From NCBI GenBank assembly GCA_034780895.1, contig JAUZTB010000118.1:48651396-48715395 (forward strand): DNA of 64,000 nucleotides, read 5' to 3'. The position numbers and the translations under genes were made by a program. This DNA is from Rhynchobatus australiae (Eukaryota). The notes beneath the pieces were generated by a model that did not search any database, was not told the origin of the DNA, and saw only the letters and a list, made by a program, of their open reading frames with translations. The first letter of the stretch is position 1. Each line of letters begins with the position of its first letter. Positions 61,976 to 64,000 of the stretch are shown in pieces.

Positions 61976-64000
61976 NNNNNNNNNNNNNNNNNNNNNNNNN
62001 NNNNNNNNNNNNNNNNNNNNNNNNNNNNNNNNNNNNNNNNNNNNNNNNNNNNNNNNNNNNNNNNNNNNNNNNNNNNNNNNNNNNNNNNNNNNNNNNNNNN
62101 NNNNNNNNNNNACTGTACTGCTACAGCTTGGCTGGAGGTACAACTAGTTCTGGAGAACAGGTTTAAAGAATTAAATTTAATCACCAAGATATACCAGTCA
62201 TAGTTGTCCATTTTGAGAAATGAAGCACTCTCACTTTATGCTTTTGTCCCATTAGGCTTCTTTTCATAACATCAGTAAATACAAAGCAAATTAATCATTT
62301 TGGAAGGCCAAAGTACAGATTATAGCTATTGGACCTAGAATGAGGCAGAGGAGTATATTACTCATCCACTCCTCACATTTACTCTTTCACTGAAAGGAGG
62401 TAGATGTACTCATTAAAATCGAACTTATTTTCTATCCACTTAAACATGGGAAACTAAAATGCTTTTGAAAGCCTCACGATTGATATGTTGCATTCACTTG
62501 ATAACTTGCTACATGGAAACATTAATTCAAAGTGCAACTTAAAGTAGTTTAAAGTTTGAGATACAAGATCACTGTATTTGCAGAACACAAAGATGCAGTG
62601 CAATAATGAACATGCTTAAGTAGTGTCTTATGGAAAAACAAATGAACACTTGGAATGGATGCTCTAGCATATATATAATTAACCACTCACAGAACGTGCA
62701 ATTTGCACACAGCAGTCTTAAAAATAGCTATGTCTCACATAGCCACATGACAATTTGAAAAATTTTCTGTTTATGTACTGATGTACTATAACCGAAAGTC
62801 AGTCTTTTTCTTGAATGGACATCTACCATTGCTTTCTGCCCTTTTGAAATCATCCTCCCTTTGACTTTTCAATAGGTATTTCTATTCTCTACCCTCCCCT
62901 TTCTCCTCTGCTTTACCTTTGCCTCCTCTCTCAACCTTTTGTCATTCTCAATTCTAGTAACACCTCACTTTAGGCTTGACCTGAAATGTTCAAATTGCTC
63001 GAGACTACAGACGTAATTTCACAAATTAACAGCATACATTTGCACAATTTATAACCTATTATTACTTGAAATAATTCTGGAAGGCAAAGAAATATTCAAT
63101 TATTTGCTTAAATTGTGTTAATGTATTCTTGCAAAACCGTTACACTGTAAACGTGCAGACCACAGGAACATATCTTTATCTAAAAGTTAAAAATTATCAA
63201 GGCCAAGACTCTTGATATACCACAAATAATTTAAAAAACTTTAACAAAGCTAATAAAAGACAAAAATTAATACAAATGTGACTGTAACATATGTAATACT
63301 TTTTGCCTTTTAAATCAATCTTGGTTTGAATACTAGGAATCTTGTTTACCAAGATGACTTAACCGTCGTACAGTTCAACCTCAATACATCATAGGTGTCA
63401 GAAGACAACTTAAGCTACCTCTTTCATAACTAAAATTTACCTGATTTTTAGCAACCTTTTTTTTAAATAAGGTACAGTACACGCATACACAACTTGAACA
63501 GATTTCTGTAATGTCTATCTCCATTCTCTCCACTCAATCTTCATTGTTGTATCCCACAACTTCAAAATTTAAAACAGATCCCTAGTTATGGAATGCCATT
63601 CCTTTTTCAGAATCTAAACCTTCCTCCTCACTAGTGCCAGTGTCAGATGAACAGAAACAAAAGATCATTAAAATCTGCTGGGAACATTGTCTCCACGTGA
63701 CCCAAAATAAAAACCCATACAGGTTCCCCCGGGGTACAGCTCCACAGACATCAATTCATTGCGATAATTGGAAATGGGTTTCAGACAATATCTCACTCAT
63801 GTTCAGATGTTCAGTTCCACATACCAACTGTCACACCTGCACACATNNNNNNNNNNAATTCACAGGTCCCACAGACAGATTCTCATGACTTCACATTTGG
63901 CTGTGTTAGAATCTACTTGTCACAACTTTGCCCTATTATTTAATCTGGTAATCTGTTCATAAATCTATAATATATTTCAGTTAATAAAGCAAGAGATCCA

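Noticed and set aside
1-64000. Prokaryote-type systems (CRISPR, operons, defence islands) or a second protein-coding gene
   Set aside because: The sequence is an intron-rich vertebrate locus, and all recognisable peptides are TDRD7 or transposon remnants.

Overview
Eukaryotic (vertebrate) genomic DNA from a gapped draft assembly. The repeat content (V-SINEs, DeuSINE/SacSINE1-like SINEs, CR1, Penelope) points to a cartilaginous fish, probably a ray (inference). The window holds the last 12 coding exons of TDRD7 (LOTUS + Tudor protein) on the minus strand, from 53529 down to the TAA at 6805-6807. The exons sum to 2771 nt (2 nt completing a split codon plus 923 codons including the stop) and splice into one open frame only if intron 23856-27834 uses a non-canonical GC donor. 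The 5' exons (start codon, LOTUS1) were not found and lie upstream or in N gaps. Introns and flanks are mostly decayed retroelements and two TA-targeting MITEs, with several nested insertions. I found no evidence of a novel multi-gene system; the best leads are splicing features and transposon architecture. Repeat family names are from my recall of consensus motifs, not from a database search, and repeat boundaries are approximate.
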